Shown: one piece after another, positions 37,801 through 46,719 of the stretch
How the letters are laid out: each line of letters opens with the position of its first letter
How positions within the stretch are numbered: the stretch's first letter is position 1
From: Minisyncoccota bacterium
Lineage (GTDB): Bacteria > Patescibacteriota > Minisyncoccia > Phycocordibacterales > Phycocordibacteraceae
Assembly: GCA_036399335.1 (NCBI GenBank)
Contig: DASWNF010000009.1
Coordinates: 20,625 to 84,624, forward strand
Length of the DNA stretch: 64,000 nt
Direction: 5' to 3'
Program-made: the position numbers and the translations under genes
The notes under the pieces: generated by a model
Database searches by the model: none
Seen by the model: the letters and a program-made list of their open reading frames with translations, nothing else
What the model was told of the DNA's origin: nothing

Positions 37801-38596
37801 GCATCTCGCTCAAAATCAGGTTAGAGAATTTTTTGAGTACACAAAGAAACTCGTAGGGGACTACACCAAAATGAATTTTGAGTATACGGACAAGGCGTAC
37901 ACCAAGAAGGACCAAGATACAGTGATTGAGAGTAATCTTGCGCTCATCACCAAGTTTAAGGACGAAGTACGGGCCGTCATGAACAAGACCCTCTTTGAAT
38001 CAGATGGCTATGTCGCGGAAATTTGGAAAATCTTGGCTAAACAGTTTGACGTGGCTCCCGCAATGCTCGATAACCTGACACAAGAGGAGATACTTGCATT
38101 GTTTAGTGGCTCTAAGCCAGCTGCTGACGTGGCAGATAGGCGGCACGCGTTTGTATATAGTTACGCGAATCGTATGCCAATAGATGGGGAGGAGGCCGTG
38201 AGCATAGTCAAAGAATTTGAGGAGAACGTAGACGCTGCAATGGAGTTGCGTGGCCAGACGGCAAACAAGGGCAAGGTTAGGGGGAGGGTAAAAGTAATCG
38301 CGGTAGATTACAGCGATTTCGGGAAATTAAACAGAGAAATTGAGCGCATGAAGGAGGGTGAAGTCCTCGTCGCCGAGACGACCGCACCCGAGCTGTTGAT
38401 GGCCTGCAAAAAAGCGGGTGCCATCATTACAGATATGGGTGGCTTGATGTCGCATGCCGCTATCGTGAGCCGGGAGTTCGGCATCCCCTGCATTGTTGGA
38501 ACAAAAAATGCGAGCCAGGTGCTCAAAGACGGTGACTTAGTAGAAGTGGATGCCGATACGGGGGTGGTCACCAGGATTGAAACTAGCCGCAGTTAA
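34856..38596 (+). CDS. large PEP-utilizing-enzyme-family protein: N-terminal PEP-synthase/PPDK-type ATP-grasp nucleotide-binding domain plus two phosphohistidine swivel domains (rifampin-phosphotransferase/PEP-synthase-like architecture, duplicated)
   Basis: GGKGASLGEM ... VAVRSSATAEDG in the N-terminal domain. Two copies of the mobile His domain (GGVTSHAAIVARELKKPCIIGTK and GGLMSHAAIVSREFGIPCIVGTK). AT-richer coding. Confidence 0.75.
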   Translation: MELTRTFGGLSKNDAPIAGGKGASLGEMTQAGIPVPPGYVILSSAFERFLEEADLIQEVEAILGQVDHNEVHTIERASEEIQGLILNAKMPENIETDVMKLFRELDTEYVAVRSSATAEDGAEHAWAGQLDSYLNTTEEALLKNVQRCWASLFTPRAIFYRFEKGLHTTSISVAVVVQKMVDSEISGIAFSVHPITEDRNQLIIESGFGLGEAIVSGQVTPDSYVVEKQPRKLIDKNISAQTRGIYRAEEGGNEWRDIPEPKASSQVLSDEQILELSELVIRIETHYGFPCDIEWAYEKGSFYITQSRPITTLSSLTNENRRPLYRVNVARDICLATFEVWAESDTKYLNDWIGVTTERLVLERKEGVITAYEDEQIFKDVTERLTYLLKDPEWFNTAIEKYRAGIKRAEELKGVLRESPSKENLRRLFEQLARTQGGLAVVYFVPSVAGIPEEIKERALDERKNTEAFFYSSDEVLSEAIKTLYPDQAEYAQILSIEELTTNLPYVSELQKRLNHFIYYDKKFFYDQGLEVVENELGIQIERPTPTSNTYQKHQRDYTLLGTSVVFSGYCGKVTQDYFSFSPQPMFIYINNGILYHFTSEGDSAGRAKSWVHKYGSAKELDAHKKVHDTLLKDYRAFMAREGHSGRESLPILHKYFTNLLPLILVAIEVPEHEAAIDKEIIDACFKIRSENEDVYKVGFDFQKKLLNQLETEDGLAENVLSLTTVNEFDRYLSTGALPTDLVNRNAFALIEHGTGGIIVHKDESKLTELDRQATVTDTSELKGNTAYGGRATGRVRIIKLVKDMDQLQEGEVLVASMTDPRYVPAMKKAAAIVTDEGGVTSHAAIVARELKKPCIIGTKVATQVLRNGDDVDVDADSGVIRIVKRAPLFKKEDYVLSFWAQGVSIFVTDIHFDAYKHLGILFIIEDGKFKQYFLKEKYEEALDEGVKFYSQEHAVLEYKEALEAHCNNLAQFFETQIKGKEHLAQNQVREFFEYTKKLVGDYTKMNFEYTDKAYTKKDQDTVIESNLALITKFKDEVRAVMNKTLFESDGYVAEIWKILAKQFDVAPAMLDNLTQEEILALFSGSKPAADVADRRHAFVYSYANRMPIDGEEAVSIVKEFEENVDAAMELRGQTANKGKVRGRVKVIAVDYSDFGKLNREIERMKEGEVLVAETTAPELLMACKKAGAIITDMGGLMSHAAIVSREFGIPCIVGTKNASQVLKDGDLVEVDADTGVVTRIETSRS

Positions 38597-38795
38597 AAGA
38601 GGGTATGAGTAATAGAGCCTTAACCCGTCCGTAGCGGGCTCGACACAATCCATTTAGCTCTCGGAAGAGCTCCAGGAAACCGCCTAGATGCTATTCAAGC
38701 TGTCCCCAAAATAATTAAGGACCAGGTGCGAGCGCGCTATACTAAAGGAGTTATTAATTGTGCAGGGTTAATCCCGTAATTACGGAGTAAAAAAT

Positions 38796-41213
38796 ATGGA
38801 ACCTACAACTTCCGCATCGACGGCGCCTCACCCCAGGCGTACTTCGTTCGATGCGCTCGCCCTGTGGGCGCTTACGATAACCGCGTCGCTCGCGGCCGTC
38901 GTATTCATCCCCTCAGCTGGCATACCGTTTATCTATAGCAAGGTGTCGGTCTTGGCCCTCGGCGGCCTTGTCGCCCTTGCGTTCTATGTCCTGGCACGCC
39001 TTACACGCGGCAACATCATCGTGCCGCCTATGGCGCTCGTCGGGGCATTCTGGCTCGTACCGCTCGCGTACGCGCTCTCAAGCCTGTTCTCGGGAGTCGG
39101 CATCATGGCCGGACTCTTCGGTAACGCGCTTGAGACGGACACGCTCGGCTTCATGATCATCCTCGCATCCTTCGCGAGCCTGGTCGCGCTCACCTTCCGT
39201 CGTTCAAGCCAGTACCGGATCTTCTTCAAGGCAGCACTTATCGTGCTCGGGCTCGTGCTTGCCGCCCAAATAGTGTTCCTCATCATCGGCAATACGTCGG
39301 AGTCCTTGTCGGCAACGGCAAACCTCGTCGGTTCCTTCGCCGACCTCGGCATGCTGCTCGGCCTCGGCGTCGCGCTCATCTTGCTTGCGTTCCGTTTCCT
39401 CGAACTCGATGAGCGGATGGTGCGCGTGCTCTGGGCGATTGAAGGCCTTTCGCTCCTCATGCTCGCCTTGGTGAACTCACGTCTCGTCTGGGTCCTCGTG
39501 TCCCTCGTCGCACTCGGCCTCTTCATCGAAGCCATCATGCGTCGCCAGGGCACGAGCAACGACGACGACCTTGAAGGTGGAAGCCTCGTCTCGGACGACG
39601 TTCGTTCGCTTGATAACGCGCCCGCAACCGATCCGCACGGCCTTGCCGCGCCGCTCGTGACGCTCGTCGCCGCGCTCTTCTTCGTCATCGGCGGGAGCAC
39701 CATCGGTACGAGCCTCGCAAACACGCTGGGCGTCAGCTACCTCGATGTCCGTCCGTCTTGGCAGGCCACCTTCGATGTCGGGAGCCATACCTACGCGGCG
39801 TCACCGCTCTTTGGTTCGGGCCCTGGCTCGTTCGTAAGCGAGTGGCTTAAGTTCAAGGACCGCGCGCTTAACGAGACGGTCTTCTGGAACGTCGACTTCA
39901 CGTCAGGTATCGGCCTCATCCCGACATCGTTCATCACGACCGGTATTGCCGGAGCCCTCGCGTGGCTCGCCTTTATCGGTATCTTCCTCTACGTGGGTAT
40001 CAGGTTCCTCCTGTTCCGCGCCCCTGAGGAAGCGTTTGCGCGGTACGTATCGATAGCGACCTTCGTCGGTACCATCTACGTACTTGCGCTCGCCGTCTTC
40101 TCCGTGCCAGGGCCGGTCGTGCTCATCGCCGGCTTCTTCCTCGCCGGACTGTTCGCGTCCTCGCTCCGCTACGGCGGTACGCGGCGTGAACGGGGCATTA
40201 TCTTCTCGCGAAACCCGCGCGTCGGCTTCATTATCGTCTTCGTACTGACGCTGCTTTTGCTGGCGTCCGTCGTGACGGCCTATGTCGTCATTGAGCGGTA
40301 CCTCGCCGACGTCTCGTACCAGAAGGGAACGGCCATGCTCGCAGATGGCGACCTCGCCGGAGCCGATGCGGCCGCGCGCCGCTCACTCGTCTTCGCGGCA
40401 AGCGACCGGGCATACCAGCTCGCCGCAGCCGTAGGCATTGCGAACATGAACCGTATCGCCGCCGATACGACCTTGGCGCCTTCCGAAGCGCAGCAGCAAT
40501 TCCAGGCATCGCTTTCAAGCGCGATCCAGGCATCGCTCGCCGCTACGCAGCTCCGCCCGGACAACTACCAGAACTGGGTAGCGCTCGGCAATGTGTACCA
40601 GACCGTCGTACCGCTCCGCATCGAAGGCGCGTATGAGAACGCGAAAGCCGCATACGAGCGCGCCGTGGAACTGAACCCGACCAACCCGACCCTGCCGTTC
40701 GTCATGGCGCAGCTCGAGATTGCACGCGGGAACGGCCAGGCGGCAGAAGCCGAGCTTGTGAAGGCGATCGGGCTCAAGCGCGATTACACACAGGCCATCT
40801 TCCTCTTGTCACAGCTCGAGGTGCAGCTCGGTAAGGCCCGCGAGGCCCTCCAGGCTGCCGAGGCCGCGGCGTACTTCGCGCCGAACGACCCGGTTGTCCT
40901 CTTCCAGGTCGGTATCCTCCGCTCGGGTACGGGCGACGTCGATGGCTCGGTCCAGGCACTTTCGCGTGCCGTGGAACTCAATCCGCAGTACGCTAACGCC
41001 CGGTTCTTCCTCGCCGTCTCGTACGCAACCAAGGGAGCCTTCGACCAAGCGCTTGCGCAGCTGAATGCCGTTGCGGCACTCTCACCGGAGAACGCTGCAG
41101 CCGTCGACACCTACATCACGGCCCTCGCGCAAGGACGCAACCCGTTCCCGCGCCAGGCGCTTAGCATTCCGCCTCCCGTAACCGACACGCCACAGACAAG
41201 AACCGGACAGTAG
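38796..41213 (+). CDS. O-antigen ligase/Wzy_C-family membrane protein fused to C-terminal TPR repeats (possible O-oligosaccharyltransferase)
   Basis: >10 TM helices, ASPLFGSGPGSF Wzy_C-type motif, then TPR-like repeats (AYERAVELNP, LSRAVELNPQY). Confidence 0.7.
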   Translation: MEPTTSASTAPHPRRTSFDALALWALTITASLAAVVFIPSAGIPFIYSKVSVLALGGLVALAFYVLARLTRGNIIVPPMALVGAFWLVPLAYALSSLFSGVGIMAGLFGNALETDTLGFMIILASFASLVALTFRRSSQYRIFFKAALIVLGLVLAAQIVFLIIGNTSESLSATANLVGSFADLGMLLGLGVALILLAFRFLELDERMVRVLWAIEGLSLLMLALVNSRLVWVLVSLVALGLFIEAIMRRQGTSNDDDLEGGSLVSDDVRSLDNAPATDPHGLAAPLVTLVAALFFVIGGSTIGTSLANTLGVSYLDVRPSWQATFDVGSHTYAASPLFGSGPGSFVSEWLKFKDRALNETVFWNVDFTSGIGLIPTSFITTGIAGALAWLAFIGIFLYVGIRFLLFRAPEEAFARYVSIATFVGTIYVLALAVFSVPGPVVLIAGFFLAGLFASSLRYGGTRRERGIIFSRNPRVGFIIVFVLTLLLLASVVTAYVVIERYLADVSYQKGTAMLADGDLAGADAAARRSLVFAASDRAYQLAAAVGIANMNRIAADTTLAPSEAQQQFQASLSSAIQASLAATQLRPDNYQNWVALGNVYQTVVPLRIEGAYENAKAAYERAVELNPTNPTLPFVMAQLEIARGNGQAAEAELVKAIGLKRDYTQAIFLLSQLEVQLGKAREALQAAEAAAYFAPNDPVVLFQVGILRSGTGDVDGSVQALSRAVELNPQYANARFFLAVSYATKGAFDQALAQLNAVAALSPENAAAVDTYITALAQGRNPFPRQALSIPPPVTDTPQTRTGQ

Positions 41214-41216
41214 TTC

Positions 41217-42926
41217 ATGGTGCGACAGATACTGTCTCGCATATCAGCACCGGTAAGCGGCCTTCATCAGGCCGCTTACCTGCTTGCTGGGCTTACCCTC
41301 GCGTCCCAAGTGCTTGCGCTCTTGCGCGACCGCATGTTCGCGCACCTCTTCGGCGCAGGGGAAGTACTCGACCTCTACTACGCGGCATTCCGTATCCCGG
41401 ACCTGGTGTACGCGCTCGTCGTGTCGCTTGTCTCGGCGTACGTGCTCATCCCGCGCATTGCCGGGCTCCTGGACGGTCCTGACGGAGATGCAGGGGAGGG
41501 CAGGGCGAGGGCGCGCGAGCTCATCTCGCACACGGCGTCCTTCCTCTTCCTTGGTGCCGGAGCCATCGCGCTCGTTGCGGCGGTGCTTGCGCCCCAGCTT
41601 CTCGCAATCTTGTTCCCGGCCCTTACGGAATCGGTACACGCAGACCAATTCATCGGCCTTGTCCGGCTCCTTCTGCTCCAGCCTATCCTGCTCGGGCTTT
41701 CGAGCGTGCTTTCAAGCGTGACACAGCTGAAGCGCCGCTTCTTCCTGTTCGCCTTGTCGCCCGTGCTCTACAACCTCGGCATCATCCTCGGCACCGCGCT
41801 CCTCTACCCGCACTATGGGCTTATGGGCATCGGCCTTGGCGTGCTCATCGGTGCCATCGCGCACGTCGCGATACATATTCCGGTCGTCCGAAATGCCGGG
41901 CTTATGCCGCGTCCGGTGCTGCCTGACTTCAGGCTCTTGTGGAGCGTGGCGAAGGACTCGGCACCGCGCTCGCTCGCGCTTACGCTCGGTTCCTTCTCAA
42001 CCCTACTTCTCGTCGCCCTTGCGTCCCGGACGGGGGAGGGCGGCGTCTCGGTCTTCATGCTTGCCGCAAACCTTGAAGCCGTGCCCCTCTCGCTCATCGG
42101 TGCCGCATACGCTACGGCGGCATTCCCGGTCCTTGCCGAACAGGTGGGTGGAAAGCGCCTTGAGGAGTTCAAGGCGACCCTCGTCACGGCATTCAGGCAC
42201 ATCATCTTCTGGTCTTCGGTGATCACCGTTCTTGCCATCGTGCTCCGTGCGCATATCGTGCGCGTCTTGTACGGTTCGGGCGCCTTTGACTGGGACGACA
42301 CCCGTCTCACTGCGGCCATCTTCGCCGTGCTCGTCATCGGCCTCTTGGCCCAAGGCATCGTTCTGCTCGCCTCGCGCGCCTTCTACGCTTCAGGGCGCTC
42401 CTGGAACCCGCTGGCCGTGCAGTTCGTCGGTCTCGTGCTTTCGGTCGTAAGCGCCTATGCCATGCTCTCCGTAGCCTATGAGTACCCGCCTATCCGGTAC
42501 TTCTTCGAAGCCCTGCTCCGTGTACCCGAAGTCCAAGGGGCGCCCATCGTCTTTATCGCTATCGGCGCGACCTTGGGGCAGCTCGCTATGGCCGCCATCG
42601 CGCTCGGCTCGCTTCGTGCGGTTGCGCCCGGGATGGCATCATCGCTTGCGCGGCCGTTGTTCGAGGGACTGGGCGCGGCTATCGTCGGCGGGGCGGCCGC
42701 GTATGTGGCACTTGCCTTCATGGGAGCGCTCGCACCGCTCACGTCGCTCGCCGTAGTGGTTGCGGAAGGCGCCGTGGCTGGTATCGTGGGCTTAACCGTT
42801 TCCGGCACGATACTCGCCTACCTTGAGAACCAGGAATACCACGGCCTGGTCGCCTCACTTCGGCGGCTTACCTCAGCCGAGGCACTCGAGCCCTACGGAT
42901 CAATGAATGACCGATCAAATACGTAA
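41217..42926 (+). CDS. murJ: lipid II flippase MurJ (MviN family)
   Basis: 14-TM MOP-superfamily topology. The N-terminal LRDRMFAHLFGAGEVLDLYYAAFRIPDLV is a typical MurJ signature. Confidence 0.85.
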   Translation: MVRQILSRISAPVSGLHQAAYLLAGLTLASQVLALLRDRMFAHLFGAGEVLDLYYAAFRIPDLVYALVVSLVSAYVLIPRIAGLLDGPDGDAGEGRARARELISHTASFLFLGAGAIALVAAVLAPQLLAILFPALTESVHADQFIGLVRLLLLQPILLGLSSVLSSVTQLKRRFFLFALSPVLYNLGIILGTALLYPHYGLMGIGLGVLIGAIAHVAIHIPVVRNAGLMPRPVLPDFRLLWSVAKDSAPRSLALTLGSFSTLLLVALASRTGEGGVSVFMLAANLEAVPLSLIGAAYATAAFPVLAEQVGGKRLEEFKATLVTAFRHIIFWSSVITVLAIVLRAHIVRVLYGSGAFDWDDTRLTAAIFAVLVIGLLAQGIVLLASRAFYASGRSWNPLAVQFVGLVLSVVSAYAMLSVAYEYPPIRYFFEALLRVPEVQGAPIVFIAIGATLGQLAMAAIALGSLRAVAPGMASSLARPLFEGLGAAIVGGAAAYVALAFMGALAPLTSLAVVVAEGAVAGIVGLTVSGTILAYLENQEYHGLVASLRRLTSAEALEPYGSMNDRSNT

Positions 42927-44706
42927 CTTCAGCATTATTGCCCACATCGATCACGGGAAGTCGACCCTCGCGGACCGGCTTCTTGAGCGTACCGGGACCA
43001 TCGAGGCGCGTAAGATGCGCGACCAGGTCCTCGACTCGATGGATCTCGAACGCGAGCGCGGCATCACCATTAAGATGCAGCCGGCCCGCATGGCGTACCG
43101 CGCAAACGACGGGAAGCAATACGTCATGAACCTGATTGATACGCCGGGGCATATCGACTTCGCGTACGAGGTGTCCCGGGCACTTTCGGCAGTCGAAGGC
43201 GTGGTACTCCTTGTCGACTGTACCCAGGGCGTGCAGGCGCAGACGCTCACGACGCTCGGCATGGCCCGTAAGGCCGGGTGCGTCATCATCCCCGTCCTCT
43301 CAAAGGTGGACTCGCCGTATGCGCGCGTCGACGACGTGCGCTTCGAGCTCGCCGAGCTCCTCTCCGTCCCTGAGGACACGGTGCTTGCCGTCTCAGGGCG
43401 GACTGGCGAGGGGGTCGAGGTGCTTCTCGAGAAGATTGTAGAGCTCGTACCGCCGCCGCGCGTAAGCGAAGGCATTGCGGCGCGTGCGCTTATCTTCGAC
43501 TTCTCGTACTCGACGCATCGCGGCGTCGCCGTCTACGCCCGCATCTTCGACGGGTCCTTGAAGAAGGGTGACGCGCTTGAATTCAAGGCCGCGGGGAAGC
43601 GCTTTACCGCGCTTGAGACCGGCATCTTCGCCCCGGGCGAGACGCCGACGCCCCGCCTCGAGACTGGGGAAATCGGTTATATCGTCACGGGTATCAAGGA
43701 GCCGGGTGTCGTTGCCGTCGGTGACACGATTGCCGCCGAACGCACGGGCGCAGAAGCGGCGCTCGCAGGCTTCGAGCGCCCGCGTCCTGTCGTGTGGGCA
43801 TCCATATACCCTAAGAACCAGGACAACCTGCCTGATTTGCGCCAGGCGCTTGAGCGCCTCCGGCTTACCGACTCCTCGCTCTCCTTCGAGGAGGAATCGT
43901 CAGGCGTGCTCGGCCGCGGTTTCCGCTGCGGCTTCCTCGGCATGCTCCACCTTGAGATCATCACCGAGCGGCTCCGCCGCGAGCACGACCTCGACCTTAT
44001 CGTCACCATCCCGACGATTGCGTATACGGTTGTCGATAAGCAAGGGAAGCGCGAAATCGTGTACACACCGTCCAAGTTCCCGGCTTTCGGGGATATCGGC
44101 GCCATCGAAGAGCCGTGGGTGAAGGTCATCCTCATCACGCCTCCCGAAACGCTCTCCGGCATGATCCAGCTCTTCCAAGACCATGAGGGCGCCATCATGA
44201 CGACGGAGACGTATCTCGACGGGCGCATAGAGCTCGTCGCCGAAATGCCGCTCCGCGAGCTCATGCGCGGCTTCTTCGACCGGGTTAAGAACGTATCCTC
44301 GGGGTACGCGTCGCTCTCGTACGAGTTCCTCGACGAGCGGCCCGCAGACGTGGTGAAGCTTGAGATTTTCGTGGCTGAAGAGTCCGTACCCGCCTTTGCA
44401 CGCGTCGTCTCGCGCCGCCGGGTCGTTGAAGAAGGGGAGCGTATGGTGGAAAAGCTCCACGGTATCCTGCCGCGCCAACAGTTCGTGACGAAGATCCAGG
44501 CGCACGCACTTGGACGCATCCTCGCGTCCAAGTCCCTGTCGGCGTTCCGCAAGGACGTGACCGGATACCTCTACGGCGGCGACATCACGCGCAAGATGAA
44601 GCTCCTTGAGAAGCAGAAGAAGGGGAAGAAGCGCCGCGGTGAGCACGCCAAGATGGACATCCCGCAAGAGGTGTTCATGAAGATGGTTCAGGATTCGGAA
44701 CGGTAA
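42907..44706 (+). CDS. lepA: elongation factor 4 (LepA)
   Basis: IRNFSIIAHIDHGKST G1 motif, DTPGH, and the LepA-specific C-terminal domain. Confidence 0.95.
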   Translation: MTDQIRNFSIIAHIDHGKSTLADRLLERTGTIEARKMRDQVLDSMDLERERGITIKMQPARMAYRANDGKQYVMNLIDTPGHIDFAYEVSRALSAVEGVVLLVDCTQGVQAQTLTTLGMARKAGCVIIPVLSKVDSPYARVDDVRFELAELLSVPEDTVLAVSGRTGEGVEVLLEKIVELVPPPRVSEGIAARALIFDFSYSTHRGVAVYARIFDGSLKKGDALEFKAAGKRFTALETGIFAPGETPTPRLETGEIGYIVTGIKEPGVVAVGDTIAAERTGAEAALAGFERPRPVVWASIYPKNQDNLPDLRQALERLRLTDSSLSFEEESSGVLGRGFRCGFLGMLHLEIITERLRREHDLDLIVTIPTIAYTVVDKQGKREIVYTPSKFPAFGDIGAIEEPWVKVILITPPETLSGMIQLFQDHEGAIMTTETYLDGRIELVAEMPLRELMRGFFDRVKNVSSGYASLSYEFLDERPADVVKLEIFVAEESVPAFARVVSRRRVVEEGERMVEKLHGILPRQQFVTKIQAHALGRILASKSLSAFRKDVTGYLYGGDITRKMKLLEKQKKGKKRRGEHAKMDIPQEVFMKMVQDSER

Positions 44707-44738
44707 GGCTGGGCATACCGGCTGATATACTGGGCAGG

Positions 44739-45095
44739 ATGATACGCCGACCAAGCCGGAACCGCATGCGCGAGTACGCCATCGCCGCTATCCTGGCGCT
44801 CATTATCATTTGGCTCCTCTCGCTCATATTCGGCATTGCCCGCAAAGAGGAGATAGCCCGGAGCGCCGTCGGAGAGACTCGCGCCGAACTTGAGCTCTTG
44901 CGAGAGCGAGAGACAATCCTTGAAGCTAACTTGGCCGAACTGGCCACTGACCGTGGCCAGGAGGCGACGCTGCGCCAGGCATTCGGCGTTGCGAAACCCG
45001 GTGAGGAAGTTATTATCGTCGTACCCGAAAAGCAGATGGTGCCGCCGCCCACGCTCCCGTGGTGGCGGAAGGCGCTCAACCTTATCGGGCTCTAA
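44739..45095 (+). CDS. septum formation initiator (FtsB/DivIC family)
   Basis: N-terminal TM plus a coiled coil (ELELLRERETILEANLAEL). Confidence 0.65.
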   Translation: MIRRPSRNRMREYAIAAILALIIIWLLSLIFGIARKEEIARSAVGETRAELELLRERETILEANLAELATDRGQEATLRQAFGVAKPGEEVIIVVPEKQMVPPPTLPWWRKALNLIGL

Positions 45096-45106
45096 ATAGC
45101 GCCATT

Positions 45107-45180
45107 GCGGAATTAGTTTAGTGGCAGAATGAGTGCTTCCCAAGCACTAGGCACGAGTTCGATTCTCGTATTCCGCACCA
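45107..45180 (+). tRNA. tRNA-Gly (anticodon CCC), CCA encoded
   Basis: Acceptor GCGGAAT/ATTCCGC, anticodon loop TTCCCAA, T-loop GTTCGATTC, ends ACCA. Confidence 0.85.
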
Positions 45181-45283
45181 TTGCAGGATAGTTGCCGGGA
45201 CGTCGTTCCTGGTAGGGAAATTGCAGTTAAGCCCAAGTATTGGGCACGTTATCCACAGACCCCGTATGCTATAATCGACTCCT

Positions 45284-45526
45284 ATGGATAAACAAGTCAC
45301 TATCTACAGCACGCCAACGTGCCACTTTTGTCAGCTTGCGAAGGAGTACTTTGCGGAAAATAATGTTTCTTATACCGAGCACAATGTTGCTGCGGATATG
45401 GAAAAGCGCCAGGAGATGATCGATAGGAGCGGCCAGATGGGCGTTCCCGTCATTTTCATCGGTGAGGAGATGATTGTCGGCTTCGATAAGGAGCGAATTG
45501 CCGCAGCCGTCGGTGCCGGCGCGTAA
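45284..45526 (+). CDS. glutaredoxin-like protein (NrdH/Grx family, CxxC)
   Basis: YSTPTCHFCQLAKEYF CxxC thioredoxin fold, 80 aa. Confidence 0.8.
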   Translation: MDKQVTIYSTPTCHFCQLAKEYFAENNVSYTEHNVAADMEKRQEMIDRSGQMGVPVIFIGEEMIVGFDKERIAAAVGAGA

Positions 45527-45542
45527 GTACGAGCGGTAACAC

Positions 45543-45572
45543 AAAAGCGCCCTCCTGCGGAGGGCGCTTTTG
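45543..45572 (+). terminator. rho-independent terminator
   Basis: aaaa-gcgccctcc-tgcg-ggagggcgc-tttt. Confidence 0.7.
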
Positions 45573-45589
45573 TGTTAGTCTCGTCACAA

Positions 45590-45661
45590 GCCCCTGTAGT
45601 TCAATGGATAGAACATCTCACTCCTAACGAGATAATGTAGGTTCGATTCCTGCCGGGGGCA
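45590..45661 (+). tRNA. tRNA-Arg (anticodon CCT); CCA not encoded
   Basis: Acceptor GCCCCTG pairs with CGGGGGC (one GU). D-stem GTTC/GAAC, anticodon loop CTCCTAA, T-arm GTAGG-TTCGATT-CCTGC. Confidence 0.8.
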
Positions 45662-45716
45662 TGAAAGAAAGCCGCCTCCCGTACGGCTCAGGTAAGGTAC
45701 TTGCTATACTATCCCC

Positions 45717-46454
45717 ATGAACCAAAAACAGCGCACCACTGCCGCCCTCATCGCACTCTTCCTTGTCGCCGGAGGAGCCTATGCCTTCCTCGAGTGGCAG
45801 GCGAACCCGTCCTCCGTCCAGGTGGCTGACGGCACCGCTACGACGACTCCGGGCGCCCCAGCGACGACTACGGAAGAGAAGCCGGCAGAGCCGGAACCCG
45901 TACCGGCGACGTCTTCTACGCACGCATACGGTACGGTGACCCTCCGCTTGAACGAGACCGCATCGTTCCCTGACGGGCTTTCGATGCGCGTCGCCGCCGT
46001 AACCGAGGACAGCCGTTGTCCGCAGGACGTGCACTGCATCCAAGCCGGTACTGTTCGCATCTCGCTTCGCACCCGTTCTGCCATGGGAGCAAGCACCAGC
46101 GACCTCGCGCTCGGCGCAAGCGTCACGACCGAGGCTGAGCGCATTACCTTCCTGCGCGTGGCTCCCGGCAAGAACTCCACCCAACCTATTACCGATGCCG
46201 ACTACCGCTTTACCTTCGAGGTGGCCAAGAAGGACGCACCGCCTGCCCCTGTCGCAGGACCCTGCTTCGTCGGCGGCTGTTCCGCGCAGCTTTGCAGTGA
46301 CACTCCGTCTATGGCGTCTACCTGCGAATACCGCTCAGAATATGCCTGCTATAGAAATGCGACCTGCGAGCGCCAAGCCAGCGGCCAGTGCGGTTGGACG
46401 GAGACTTCAGAGCTTCGTGCGTGTCTCAGGAATCCTCCGGAGGACGAGGAATAG
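45717..46454 (+). CDS. hypothetical secreted/lipoprotein-like protein with a Cys-rich C-terminal domain
   Basis: N-terminal TM/signal and Thr/Pro-rich linker. 8+ Cys in the last 70 aa. Confidence 0.55.
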   Translation: MNQKQRTTAALIALFLVAGGAYAFLEWQANPSSVQVADGTATTTPGAPATTTEEKPAEPEPVPATSSTHAYGTVTLRLNETASFPDGLSMRVAAVTEDSRCPQDVHCIQAGTVRISLRTRSAMGASTSDLALGASVTTEAERITFLRVAPGKNSTQPITDADYRFTFEVAKKDAPPAPVAGPCFVGGCSAQLCSDTPSMASTCEYRSEYACYRNATCERQASGQCGWTETSELRACLRNPPEDEE

Positions 46455-46719
46455 GAAGGCATATAAAGGGGCCGGGGAGGCGTACGGGCTTCGTACTCCT
46501 CCCCGGCCAACTATGCCTTTTTCATACGTACCTATCTCACCTTAATGGGTAATGCCTCGTCGATAATGAATCGCACTTCAGCATTCCTGTCGTATCAAGA
46601 AATTAAAATCGTATCAGAGAACTAAAAGTGTGCGTACTACGAGGTAATCGAGGCCGCAACGCGTGCCTTCGAATGACCTCAAGCGAACTATAGCTGGCAG
46701 GCCGTGAACGAAAGATGAA

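Noticed and set aside
38984-39724. 246-aa minus-strand ORF
   Set aside because: Antisense to the O-antigen-ligase-like membrane protein.
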